A stretch of DNA of 64,000 nt from Phoronis australis (lineage: Eukaryota > Animalia > Phoronida): the NCBI GenBank assembly GCA_002633005.1, contig NMRA01000130.1, forward strand, positions 742,082 through 806,081, read 5' to 3'. The translations under genes and the position numbers were made by a program. Shown here piece by piece: positions 13,188 to 25,700 of the stretch. Numbering within the stretch: the first letter of the stretch is position 1; every line of letters starts with the position of its first letter. A model generated the notes under the pieces. That model was not told where the DNA came from and ran no database searches. It was given only the letters and a program-made list of their open reading frames with translations.

Positions 13188-14359
13188 AATTGGATTTGAG
13201 CCCCCCCCCCCCTCCAACACTAAAACTGCACACATTTAAATCTTTTTTCATCCGTATAATTTTAATTACCGGGGTTAATTAATAAACTCAACATTTCCCT
13301 ACGCTCTTACTGTTTTATTTTTTGCGGCAGCCAAGGGGGGGGGGGGGGGGCGGGCCCCCTGGCCCCCCCTAAATGCGCCTATGTGGCCCATCTGGGCCTA
13401 GACAAATTTGTTGATCTGCTTTAGAGTTGACATAAGATTTTTTATATGTTCTACGTGTTCATTATTTAAGGTTCATCACAAGGAATTTAGAAAAATTTGC
13501 CAATAACGCGAAATAGCAGTGATGCAATAGCAAGGACTTAAGGAACAAAAATTGAGTCGCTATTATCGACGATTTTAACAGATTATTCACTGTCCATGCT
13601 GTGTGGACAATAAGTAAACACGACAGTTAAATCCGGGTCGTTAATGAACATGCGTTGATTCAAATTTTGATGGGATCGGATATTCCAACTTTCCCGAGTT
13701 AGTGTGCTGGGTACTACGCTCTATAACGACGAGATTGCGGCATGCCTCTAAAAACGAAAATTTTGGCATTCTTTTGCTGACCCAAAACCCCGAATGATGT
13801 GCCTTGACTGGTCAGTTTTTAACTTGACATGCTGTGCCTAAATGACTGTGTAACTTGTCTTGCGATATCAGTCTGGATTTAAACTTTGCAGATGCACATT
13901 CACATAATTTGCCTGTCCTCATGCACTATACATTCAATATATGTGAACAGCAGAGACTTGATAGTTCCGAAACATATACGGATGTGGAGCGTACTTATGG
14001 TAAAAAGCGTTAAAACTGTTAAAAAGGCGCTCATAGAGCTTATACTTCAGTCCGTCAGTAGTGGAAACTGACACAGGTGAGCTCGTCTTCAAAAGTACTA
14101 CAACACATCAAATGTCGCCATCGTGAGCCGAAAATTTGCGCATGCAAAGAGGAAGTGGCACAGTCCTCGACAAAGTGAAAACTTCGTCTGAATCGTGATT
14201 TCAAACGCTTGGAAAGTAGTTCGCGTTTTACAACATTTGATGAATCCGTAAAATAAGATATACTTCTGTGGGTGCCAACTAAACAAGAAGAAACGGCATC
14301 AAGAGGTACATACACAAACGCCTAGACGTCTTCTGAATAAATTCCTTCAATGACGTAGG

Positions 14360-15104
14360 TTACCCTAACCCTAAACCAAAACCCTAACCCTAACACTAAA
14401 CATAACCCTAACCCTAACCCTAAGTGCAACCTTAACCCTAACCCTAACCCTAACACTAACCCTAATCCTAAACCTAACCCTAAGCCTAACCCTAACCCTA
14501 ACATTAATCCTAAGTGCAAATTTAACCCTAACCCTAAGCCTAACCCTAAGCCTAAACCTAACCCTGACCCTGACCATAAGCCTAACCTAACCCTAACCCT
14601 TACCCTAAAAGCAACCTTAACCCTAAACCTAAGTGCAACTTTAACCCTAACCCTAACCCTAAATCTAACACTAACCCTAACCCAAACCCTAACCCTAAAA
14701 GTAACCTTAACCCTAACCCTAAGTGCAACTTTAACCCTAACTCTAACCCCAAAAGCATCCTTAACCCTAGCCCTAGCCCTAGCCGTAACCCTAATCCTGA
14801 TAATAACGCTAACCCTAACACTAACCCTAACCCTAACTCTAACCCTAACATAACCCTATCCCTAACCCTAACATAACCCTTACCCTAACCGTAACTTAAC
14901 CCTAACCCTAACGCTAATCCCAACCCCAACCCTAACGCTAACCCTAACAATAATCCTAACCGTAACTCTAACCCTAACCTAACCATAACCCTTACCCTAA
15001 TCCTAACCCTAACCCTAACTCTAACCTAACCATAACCCTTACCCTAACCCAAGCCCTATTCTTAACCTAACGCTAAAGTAACCCTATCCCTAACCATAAT
15101 CCTA
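14360..15104 (-). repeat. Degenerate interstitial telomeric array (TTAGGG)n / (CCCTAA)n
   Basis: About 745 bp of CCCTAA with variants (CACTAA, GCCTAA, CTCTAA, CATAA) and recurrent AAGTGCAA and AAAAGCAACC interruptions. Confidence 0.9.
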
Positions 15105-16696
15105 CTGTGTTAAGAGTTCAATTTCCGACCCTATCGAAACGCCCAATGCTTTAAGGGTTCAATATGGCCACTGTATAAATGAGAGCTGTTTTAAGTGTTC
15201 TATACCTGCTCCCTATATAACTGACCAATGGGTGGTTATATTACGCTATTTATTGGACATCGGGTGGCCCCCACACTTTGGTACAATTAATGGTGTTCTC
15301 TATTACTAGTACTTTATTAAACTTTGTTTTTCCAAATCTTTGTCGTTCATTAATCACACAAGCTCTGAGTTTTATAGGTTATTCTCATATACTTTGGGGT
15401 TATTTGCAGTACACCAGTTTCCCGGACAGAATGATGGACTTTTGAGGTGATAATTATCTATTTATTCAATACTACACCAAACATGCAAAGGAATTTAACC
15501 CAGAAATCGCGAGGCAGTGCACCTGAGTTCTAGTGAATATATAGATAAAAGTAGTATACATGGAACTATATAAGTAAATATCTAGTATAATTATTCATTT
15601 ATTTAGACGTGCTATTTATTATAAACATATTAAAAACATTTGCAGATGATGGAAATTAGAAGCAACAACTTCTATAAGCGATGCATAAAATTTACTTGCA
15701 TTGCTTAGAACGAATTCAAAACGCCAGCTGGTTATAAGAACTGACGACGCTTAAATATAATCATTCAGTTTGACATTACTTTATGAAGTACTTGTGTGAA
15801 TTGATAAAAATACGTCGCATCAGAGACGTTGCTTAGTTTTATAGCATTAATAATAGATTTTAAAATGGTATCTCAGAAATACACGATGATGCGTCGCAAA
15901 ATACAAGCGTAGCCAAACTTGTAGGTCGACAGACTGCTAGCACGTAAGGTGTTTTGATTTTTTTACAAAGGACTTCAGCACCAAAGCTTCGTCTGAAATG
16001 GAGATGACTGTCCCTTAAATTGTGACTCGCGCAATTTCTTGGTTTTGGATTTTACGGTTGATGGCTTGCAACTTTCTAGAATCCTACTATTTCTGAAATC
16101 AGGCGCACCGCAGCAAAATTGTGCTATTTCAGAAGGCACCTCTATACCTGTATGGCGCTTGGAACACCAGGTTATAGAAAGTCACTGAAAAATTCCTTAA
16201 TATAATTTACTTCGATACACACAACGTACATTAGTCGTCATGGTGGCAGTTTACTCTCTTTTTACCGTCCAGGTGTTAAGCAATACATGAGGTTACGTGG
16301 GACCCTAGAAAAATTGTCAATTTGACCAAATTCGTAACGTCACATCTCGAAACAACTGACTGGATTTATATGATGTATGTACTATTTTCGAAAATGATTT
16401 TGGAAAATTACTTTAAACTGTTTCTCTCTTGTATGATTGTCTATCAAAAACAAGACTGGTTTTCATGAAAGAACATTTATTAGCCCATTGTGGTCAATGT
16501 ATTGATACCGATGTGTTTCCTTTGAATTTATCTTTCATTTACTAAATTCTACCAACAAAGGTGGTCGTGTGGCCCAATTATTGATTGGTATCGAGTCAAA
16601 AATGAAATAAAATTCTCCAGCCTTTCTTAGGATCTAAGGATTCGCAGATGTTAAGTTAACTACACGGATTTGCCGGTTAAGCCTCCACAACTTTAA

Positions 16697-19600
16697 AGGA
16701 CAATGCCACCCGATTTATTTCGTTTTTACCGTCTTAATCGGTTTCCATACACATCACCTCGCACACGGTCGATCTCACCTACCTCGCCGAGAGGTGTGCG
16801 ATAGCCTGTGAGGACGGTAAGTACACGACGCAGTGACGTCAGGGTTTCTTCAGCTGAGTGTGCCGCTACGGTGTGGTGTATCGTTCTCGCTTGTGCGAAC
16901 CATGAAGCTGCGAGGAAAGCGAGTGAATCGTTTATCGATTTTCTCGAGAACCCGAAATGCTTCGGAAGTGGTTCGCAGCAGTAAAGAATATCTCCATGTC
17001 CGTGGCCGGAATTGTTCTGTTTCAAAATTCCGGTATTCTCACCCTAACCAATGTTTAATAAAACTGAAAAACAAAGTGTCTCAAAAGACTGTCTCAGTAG
17101 ATACAATTTGTAATGCCTTTGCAGGGTTCGCAAATGTTTTGAGAAACCAACAATGAATACATCATACTGCGTTACCTGCTTCAGATGCAATAGTACTAAG
17201 TGACCGGGCACCCGAGGCCGTGTGAGGGCATGCTAATTCAGTGTTTGCTGACAGAAAGCTCCTGTTAAACAATTATACATATGTAATGGTCAAACGTTAA
17301 GGGAATCTTTATTTAGATATATGTACCTATACGCCTGATTGTATGACCTTGAAGTACGAGTCGTATCGTGTGGTGTGATATGGAAGAACTACCTTTCTGT
17401 ATTTAATGCTCATTCAATACGGATTTTCTGGTTTCAACGCGCGTTGAATACGGACACCTTCTTTCTCGCCAAAATCCCCTACTTTGCATACAGTACACTA
17501 CTGTCATACGCAACATGTTTGTATATGTGGTATCGTTTCGGTTCGGCTTCGTGCACAATGATAACGTGTTTTTAAAACTTAACCATTACGTGAAATAAAA
17601 CTACTGCTGACAATTCTTCTTAATGTACCGTATGGTTTTGCACCTGAAAAAACACCTCAATCACAAAGAGTCTCGAACTTGCCACTCTGTATTTGGATTC
17701 AGGAAAGCAATAAACATTTACCAATGCACGACTCCTTTTGGACACCTATTGCACTATACCAGATGAGTTTCTGTACCGTCAAATACGAGTAAAATTTTAA
17801 AATTGTTCTCAAAACAAATCAAAATACGTCGAGCCCAAAAGGAAAACTGCAGCTGCTGTAAACACGGTATTTTTGTCACTTTCATGATAAATTTCTTAAT
17901 ATTGCCTACATAAAATTGGTAAGAACCGTGCGCAAGAAGCATTTTTAAGAACCGTTTGAACCTACTTCAGCCACAACTACCGACAGCCCAGAGCACAACA
18001 TAGATGAACGAGGTATCAACATCTGAACATAGTGGCACTTAGAGTCCACCTGAGTATACACGGAAATGGACGTGTGCCGTTGTCTGCACTCTGAGTGTTA
18101 AACCTGGGGACCTTACAAGGGGGCCAAAAAGAGCTAGCTAGATAATCGTGGTACCGGCCAAAACTGATTTAAAACGAAAAATAGTACCGCATTGAACACC
18201 GAATGACCCATGGCAGGCAAATTGCACTCTGGAATAGGTCCAGCAGAAACTAAAAAAGGACCCGGGTCCCCCAAAAATGAGGTAGGGCATACATTCGAGG
18301 TACCACAAAAAATCAATTCCATGTGATTCAATACATGTCACTGATCACTAAATGCTCCATGACAGACAAAATGCACTCTGGGTTGTGCCCACCATGAACC
18401 CCCAAAAATGTCAACCACCGTATGCCATTGAAAATTTGAGCTAGAGTAGATATTCGAGGTACCAGCTAAAAGTGATTTAAAACGAACAACAGTACTACAA
18501 GGAACACCGAATGACCCATGACAGATCAATTTCACTCTGGAAAGTATCCGCCAGAAACCCAAAAAGAACCCCCAAAAATGAGATAGCTCATACATTCGAG
18601 GTACCACAAAAACTAATTCCAACGAAGTCAAGAAAACATAACAAGTGGAAGCAAACTTTAACTTAGAAATAGATTTCAGTTCAAACTCTGACAAAAATAC
18701 TGAAACTGGCAGATATGCACCCCAAGCGTGTAGCTGTTGTAAAATACAGCTTGAACTGCCGTGTGATGCAGGCTGCAAAAATTCATTCATAAAATATTGC
18801 GTGCACGTATACGTGTCACGAGATCCGCGATCATCATGATAAAATATGACAAACGACACCAAAACAAGCGGAGCAATCTGGGGAAACCCGCTTCTGTAAA
18901 GAACCCTCAGCGGGGCACATAGAATAAATTTGTTACACAACGTACGTTTTTGTACATGTACCAAAATATGTTATTATATCTTGATTCGTTCTTCGCCCTC
19001 GTTTAAATACTTTCATATATCACGAATCTCGGTATAATAATCTCTGGTACAAACACGTACGCTGTATATCATGTATAAATGTATGGATTATTTGAATCAT
19101 TGGTATTGTACAGTATGTGGAATGGGAGCCTAGCTTCGCGGGCCCCGACGGGTAAGTAGATTTGTACATTATTTGTTTGCTTCACTGGTCTAGTCTTTTC
19201 GTGACTGGAAGTTTAATTTTCAACTTTGGGCAGCCGAATAACCCAGCTGGCTTATGTTCGTAATGTCTCCAATACAGATGCCGAGGATGGGACTAATCAG
19301 GTTCCGACAGGATTACAACGAACATTTGGTGTATTGAGAACAGAAATCATTCACAAGTCTAAAACTACAACACATAGTCACATTAATTTATCACGGAACA
19401 TGTCCAAACTTCCCGCGACCGCCCTCGTTAAATTGTCCTACTAAACTTTGTTGGTGACGTAAGCTACGGTGCGTTCAAATTTCTATAAATCTGTAACAGC
19501 GAAATAAAACAACTCGTTAATTTAAAAACGTAATATATTAGTAAGTGTTTGCGTCGAATTTTGATGATTTATTGGTGTAAAGCGATAGAGACAAGCAATA

Positions 19601-19791
19601 AGCTGAAAACAGTAAACGCCTTGTGAACTGCTGAACAGACTATGTTAGAACCTATGACGTCATTGGTTAATTTCAGCACCTCCGTCTGCATGCCGTATGG
19701 TGTTAGGTAAAGGAACTGAACTTGCTGTTATGGAGTGGAACTACTCGATCTAAATTGATACAAATAACGTTGTTTTTGGTGGCATTTTCAT
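16697..19791. mobile_element. Kolobok-like DNA transposon, 3.1 kb, non-autonomous or decayed
   Basis: TTAA flanks both ends (16693-16696 and 19792-19795). TIRs AGGACAATGCCACC / GGTGGCATTTTCAT match at 12 of 14 positions. Possible decayed THAP remnant near 17150-17440. Confidence 0.65.
18130..18620. repeat. Degenerate tandem repeat, about 309-bp period with internal subrepeats
   Basis: The block ggtacc...gatttaaaacgaa...gaacaccgaatgacccatg...cactctggaa...ccccaaaaatgag...catacattcgaggtaccacaaaaa occurs twice (about 18150 and 18459). Confidence 0.75.
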
Positions 19792-20278
19792 TTAACTTTT
19801 CATCGAGACACCTTGCTGTCAAACATTAAATTAAAACTACTTAGTCTATTACTGCCAACGCTGCAAACAGTGTGTGTGCCCAGACCAAGACCCATGCTTT
19901 TACATCAGAAGGTGCTCTTTTACTTAAGAATACAGCCCTTTTTGATAGCCGAAATCTTATGTGCGCAACGCCTGCTTTGAAAATGGTATCGAACATGACC
20001 TGAAGAAGAAATAGGTCAGCTCTTCTTAATTCCAGAAACCACTTTTTCATTTGAATACGACTCAACAGAGCTGTCGTTCGTGAGTACACAGGCTCGCCAC
20101 TAGGAGCAAAACGCGCTGGTTGTTCGTGAAATAAAGAATTGCACTATTCGTTCGACAAACATCCGTGCGTTTATAGGAAGTTGTTGGCTAAAGGTATAGC
20201 CATTATACGACTTATGAGTGCACATGACCAAGCGTTACCTGCTTCACGTATTTGATCATTGCCAGAATAAAACACTAT

Positions 20279-21796
20279 CAACTGATTTCATAAACGTGGT
20301 TTAACAAAACCAGGTTTAAGTCTTAAAACTTGTCTTATTAAACCTGGTCTAATTTTAGACCTAACTTGCATTTCACCAACATAGTTTAAAGGTCAAAACA
20401 CCTGATTTTGTTAGACCATATAGCGGGTTTAGTAAAACCAGGTTTGAAGTATTCAAGCCACCCTACTGTACTGATACGATTTAACCCATCAAAGAAACTA
20501 TTGCAGTGTTTCAATGAAACCTTGATCACGTGGGTACACAATGGCACACAGTAGAATCAGAGCAGACATTTGGGAAAAAGGGCTAAAAGCTTTTCTCACG
20601 AGGAAAAATAGTGCCTCCCATAACTGATCAGAGAAAAAACCAATGTCATAGTCGAGAGCAAGAAAATTTGTGCCAAATCAAGTCGACATAAGCAACGAGC
20701 TTGGATAGATATTGATCAAGAATAAAGGCCAGAAAGAAAATTTCATCAGTGAAAAAATTGTGCCCAGAAAAACGGCGATGGACCCAGTGGCAGATCTAAG
20801 ATATCATGGGGAGATATTTATCATTTTGTTTTGTCTGTGTACAAGATACGTACACACATTAAAGTACTTGCTCACGATTAACCGTGTCATTTTACTTTTT
20901 GTGGCCAAAGGGGGGGGGCACAGGAGCGGATCCAGGATTTTGATTTTTGGGGGGCCAGGGCAGAGTATTAACCAGGATTTTACCCGTCAGACATTCGCAC
21001 AGTCGAACTGCCAAATGCAATCTGGGATAATTTAAGGGGGGGGGGGCATGCCCCCCTAAATCCGCAACTGGGGCAGGACCCCTGCCTGGCAACCTTAAAT
21101 CGTGGACTAATTGAGATGGAACTCGGTCAGAATAATCATTAGATGACTTTTTAGTCAGACGCGTAGCGCTTGCGACGATGACGCTGTGCTCGAACCGTCA
21201 TATTCTGAGGAATCCAAAGGATACCCTTCAGTACTTACTGGTCTACATGTACGTCTACTTGGGCGGATCCCGGGACTCAAGGGGTCCCGACCCCCTTTTT
21301 CCTTTATTTTAGTGATATCAAATCTATAATTTTCAAATTGTTGACGCAGACCCTTCTTTTAAAAATCCTTGATCCGACCCCTCCCTTTTAAAAATTCTTG
21401 GTCTCCCCTTTTACGTTTGATCTTGTGTCGTCCTGAAACTGAATATTGAAAATAGTCCGTTCCCCCTTTAAAACTGCGTCGTAAATGCAAACCACAGCAT
21501 CATCCAGTTTGCATCTATATTGTACAAGTCTGCCATATTTAACAGTATAAAACCTGGGTCTGACCAAGTCTAAAGTCAAATCTGGTTGAAGATCTTAATA
21601 CAGGTCTGAGTAATATACACCTCGTTTGTGAAATGAAAACTGACTTAAACCAGGTCCAAACTGGAGTTAAACCAGGTTTTACTAGACCACTGTTCTAAAA
21701 GTTAAAGACCTTTATGAAATGCAGATTATATTTAAATCATGTCTAACTCCAGTTTAAACCAGGTTTAACTTTAAACCACCTTAATGAAATCGGCTG
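20279..21796. mobile_element. PIF/Harbinger-like non-autonomous element with nested small MITEs
   Basis: TIRs CAACTGATTTCATAAACGTGGTTTAA and TTAAACCACCTTAATGAAATCGGCTG. Many subterminal AAACCAGGTTT palindromes. Confidence 0.65.
20921..21070. mobile_element. Small hAT-like MITE (CAG..GCGGAT termini); a related copy lies at about 21261-21381
   Basis: CAGGAGCGGATCCAGG ... CCTAAATCCGCAACTG inverted ends with internal G/C runs. Confidence 0.5.
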
Positions 21797-22504
21797 TATG
21801 AGTTACCGATATGTATAAGGAGTCTTACATCCATTAATACAGGTACGGAATTTTTTGGAAAAAGCATATGGCAGTAATCGGTTCTCGTAAATGGACGGGT
21901 TATTTGGCGCCGGTAGTTTGAGGTTGTACAACTGATTCTCCTTAGCATTTTGCCTGTTTTTAAATGATTGAAATAAAGCTCATTGGATGGTCAAACGAGA
22001 TTAAATCATCACTTTACAACAAGATTCATCGCGGACAGAGGATGAACGTGTGGCACAGTTACCTTTTACTAGGCGAAGGACTTTCTACATTTCTGGATTA
22101 CAGTTGGGAGACACTTTTAGGTTGGGCAGCATGAACATGTATATTTGAATTTACAAATCCCTCTTGCAACAAACTGTCGATAGCCGCTTTGATAAAAAGA
22201 CACTTGAGCTAAAGAAGATAATAAACACAGAATCTTGGTCCCTGTTTTACCAAAGATCGCAAGCTAGGCCGAAGCTGGATGACTTAGAACGCGACGCTGT
22301 GCATTTCCATGAAAGAGAATCGTTAAAAAATAATTTAGTTTAGTATGGAGGAATTCTCATACTTACCCATAGTCTCAATCAACTATTGCAGTGCTATGCG
22401 TGCGGGTAGAAAATATTGACATTTTGATTAGCTACAACTGGCAGTACGAGCTTTGACGAAACAGGCCCAACGTACTTTTAGGACACAGATTCACATGTAA
22501 GCAT

Positions 22505-22779
22505 CTAAGTTACTACAACGGAATATTTAAGAATATTAAACAAGCCAGACGATTTTACAGCAGTGGTTACTCCGAAGAGCTTCGTCCCAGCGCTCAGGCC
22601 CCTTTCGTTGACATCCAGTATTACAAATGGCTGTGTCGTCTCTATGGGCTGAAGCACGTCACAGGAACCTTCCGAGAAACCAATGCACGCCACGTACCAC
22701 AGGTTGATGTCATGTACAAAACTGGGGTACCAGCTGATGTTCAGGGCATGTCCGGTACTGTTAAGTTGAGGTTGCTGAC
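22505..22779 (-). CDS. Terminal coding exon (GQQPQLNSTGHALNISW...KYSVVVT*)
   Basis: Acceptor aatttaag, phase 1 in. Last FN3-like module, then TAG. Confidence 0.85.
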
Positions 22780-25700
22780 CTTAAATTGTGTAAAATATAT
22801 TTCATTTATAAGAAAGCAATTTTCACGACAGACGTATTTCATCCACGACATGCGTACTTGGCAAGTGGCTTAATGAGTGAGACGGTTTTGCTATTTTTGA
22901 ATTCTGAAAATAGACAAAAATAAACAAAACACGGGCACAAACCCTTATACTTACATTAAGTCACTCTAAGAAACACAAAATATTTCGAGAATATTCTATA
23001 TTAAAGGCACATCTATCGCGTTTGCTCTATCCCGTGGCTATGATAACCAAGGCACTAGTTAAAATTTTGTTCTGAGCTTCGTGCTTCAGTATTGGAAATT
23101 GACCACCAATTGCATTCCATCTTTAAACGAAACTTACACATTTGTACTCCAAGAATCCAGAGATTTACTTGGGTATATCTCAAGCCTAAGGGAGAGTCTA
23201 GTGTGGGTTCAGAGAGTAGTTCATGGATCTGTACTTGGGTATATCTCAAGCCTGAGGGAGAGTCTACTGTGGATTCAAGGAGTAGATCATGGATCTGTAC
23301 TTGGGTGTATCTCAAGCCTGGGGGAGAGTCTAGTGTGGGTTCAGGGAGTAGATCATGGATCTGTACTTGGGTATATCTCAAGCCTGAGGTCAAGTCTAGT
23401 GCGAGTTCTGGGAGTAGACTTTGGATATGTGGTTGTTTTGAGAATAGTTACAGCGACGTTATATTTATTCACTCGTTCATTTTAACAAAAATAGAAAAAT
23501 ATGTACATCGGTTCATTGCGTGCGACATTGCGTCTCGTTTAAGTGACCTTTAGTGACGCCACTACAGGTACTTGCACACATCTGATGAGATGCATACAAT
23601 TGAAACAAGACAGACTTAGTTAATATTTGTGCATATTTTAAGGTTGCAGCCAGAATTTACTGGTGTCTATATCGTATGCAGATTGATATAAAATAACTAG
23701 CACACAGTTGGCAGAGCTGATGTCATATGCGATTTTGTAGCAACACGAGAAAACCCTACGTCGCAAGTTTTCACAGGTTGATTTTGTTGATGCCACTTTA
23801 CCGCTGCGACTCTTCACCATTTTTTGTCTCTGCCGAAATTTGTCTGTCTGGACAGATACGTGTAGGTTGGTTACACAAGATTGATATCGTAGCAGTTGCA
23901 AAGACGTGCCAGGAAAACTAGCCAATAAAATCCAGGCTAACAAGTGTCGCACACTTCCACAATTTTAATGCGTCAGACAAGCATTTAGCATTAGAATAAA
24001 GGGTTTTTTCAAACCCATAATTCATTTTGTATATCTGCTAAATGCAGACAGTGTACTGGAAAGAAAAAAACAATGTCAAACGATGGACATGGATACTGAA
24101 AAGCTCTATTTTAAAATGTGAGATTAATTACTTACCTGTCAATTTCGGCGCATCATTGTCAACACATGCTTCATTTGATACGATGGAGCTTGACATGTTG
24201 TTGAAATTAAAGGCTTGTACTTCGGCTTTGTAGCACACACTATCTGTGAGGGAAAGATTGGAGATATGGAGATCGGTCTGAGAACCAACATCAATCCATG
24301 GCAGAAATCCCGTGCTTCCTTTCAAAATGCGAACTTTGTAAGACAATTGGCCAACGACATCTTGAAATCCTGCCCAGCTGATATGGAGGTAATTTGCGTC
24401 AACGATGGCTTCAGTTTTCCCTTGGTAAAGCCGAGTTTGAGGAACTAAGAATCTAACCCTGGCCTCAGAAGCAGAGGGTCCTTGGTTAATAGCAATGGCA
24501 GGTTGGGAAACGGAAGTTGACGACAACTGGGCGTGATTAAAACACAACACGGTCGCATATAATGTCTGACCGTGAGCAAGAGTAGTCGTGGTCGTTGACC
24601 GAAAACCTTCAGAAGTTGGTGACACCGTGATCAGTGAATGGATGGTGCTGGTGAGGGGCGAATTACCTGTAATGGGCGTAAAAACGCAGTTATGAACCTT
24701 ATGTACTGGTCAGTATCACGACTACGCGTCAGTGGTATTGAAGCAAAAGATTCCTAGGCCCCTAAAACAGCCACAACCTGCACTTTTGCGGCTATGCTGA
24801 GAAAGTTACTTAATAATAAATCAAGTAGCTGTCGCTCATACTTCATGATATCTGGTGAAATGAAGTACAGGACCAGTGAAAACAATTAGCTAGTCAAATT
24901 TACAATAAATATCAATTACTAACGTGGTTGTTGTGTGAAGTCTTAATGCACCACCGCCTGGAAATTGTGTAGTTAACTACTTTGATTCAGTGCAGACGAT
25001 GTCGATATTTGATTACCAATGTGATTGCCATAGACATATACTGAGATAAAGATTGGCATCTTCCTGTGTCAGATAAGCGAAGCAACGAGCAGAAACAGAA
25101 TTTTTAATAATGTCCGTCTTTATTTGCATAAATCAAGCAAATTAGTCATGCGACTTGCAGACTCATTTCATTAACCTAATTGACCGTAGGTTCAAATATC
25201 ATGATAGTGTACCTGTGGTGCTGGGTACCGCAGCTATAAGCACAAGTGGAATTTTGAGCAGTGGCGGCCTTAATTTGCATTAATTGCGCAAATTTGTATT
25301 AATTATGCAAATTAATCACGCAACAACATCAACAACATGCAAACTGATTTAATTAAATTATTTGACCATTTGAATATGGGTGCAAATGTCATGATAGTTA
25401 ACCTGTGGTGCCAAGTTCCGTAGCTGTAAGCATAGGAATAATTTTTAATAATGGAGGCCTTAATTTGCATAAATTATGGAAATCGACGGTGTATCCACCA
25501 GAAAACTTGCACTATTAAATAAGCTAATCGTTGAAACATGGGTTAAAACGTCAAAATAATCCGCCTGACGAGGAAATTATAAGCATAAATTGAATTTTAC
25601 GTAGTGTCGACCTTAAATTGCACATTTAAAAATGCTCAAGGGTTGCAAACGGTCATGACCCCTAAATCATGGTTACTTAATCTTTGGCTACATGAAACAG

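Noticed and set aside
14322-14851. LGLGLG / RVRVRV ORFs
   Set aside because: Translations of the telomeric hexamer repeat.
18338-18964. 208-aa minus-strand ORF
   Set aside because: Overlaps a degenerate satellite; no recognisable domain or splice support.
23160-23425. CRISPR-like appearance of regularly spaced repeats
   Set aside because: The sequence between conserved cores is also repeated (no unique spacers), the context is eukaryotic, and there are no cas genes.
23575-23625. CTGATGA...GAAAC hammerhead-like core
   Set aside because: Stem II is only about 3 weak pairs, and there is no convincing stem I/III or cleavage triplet.
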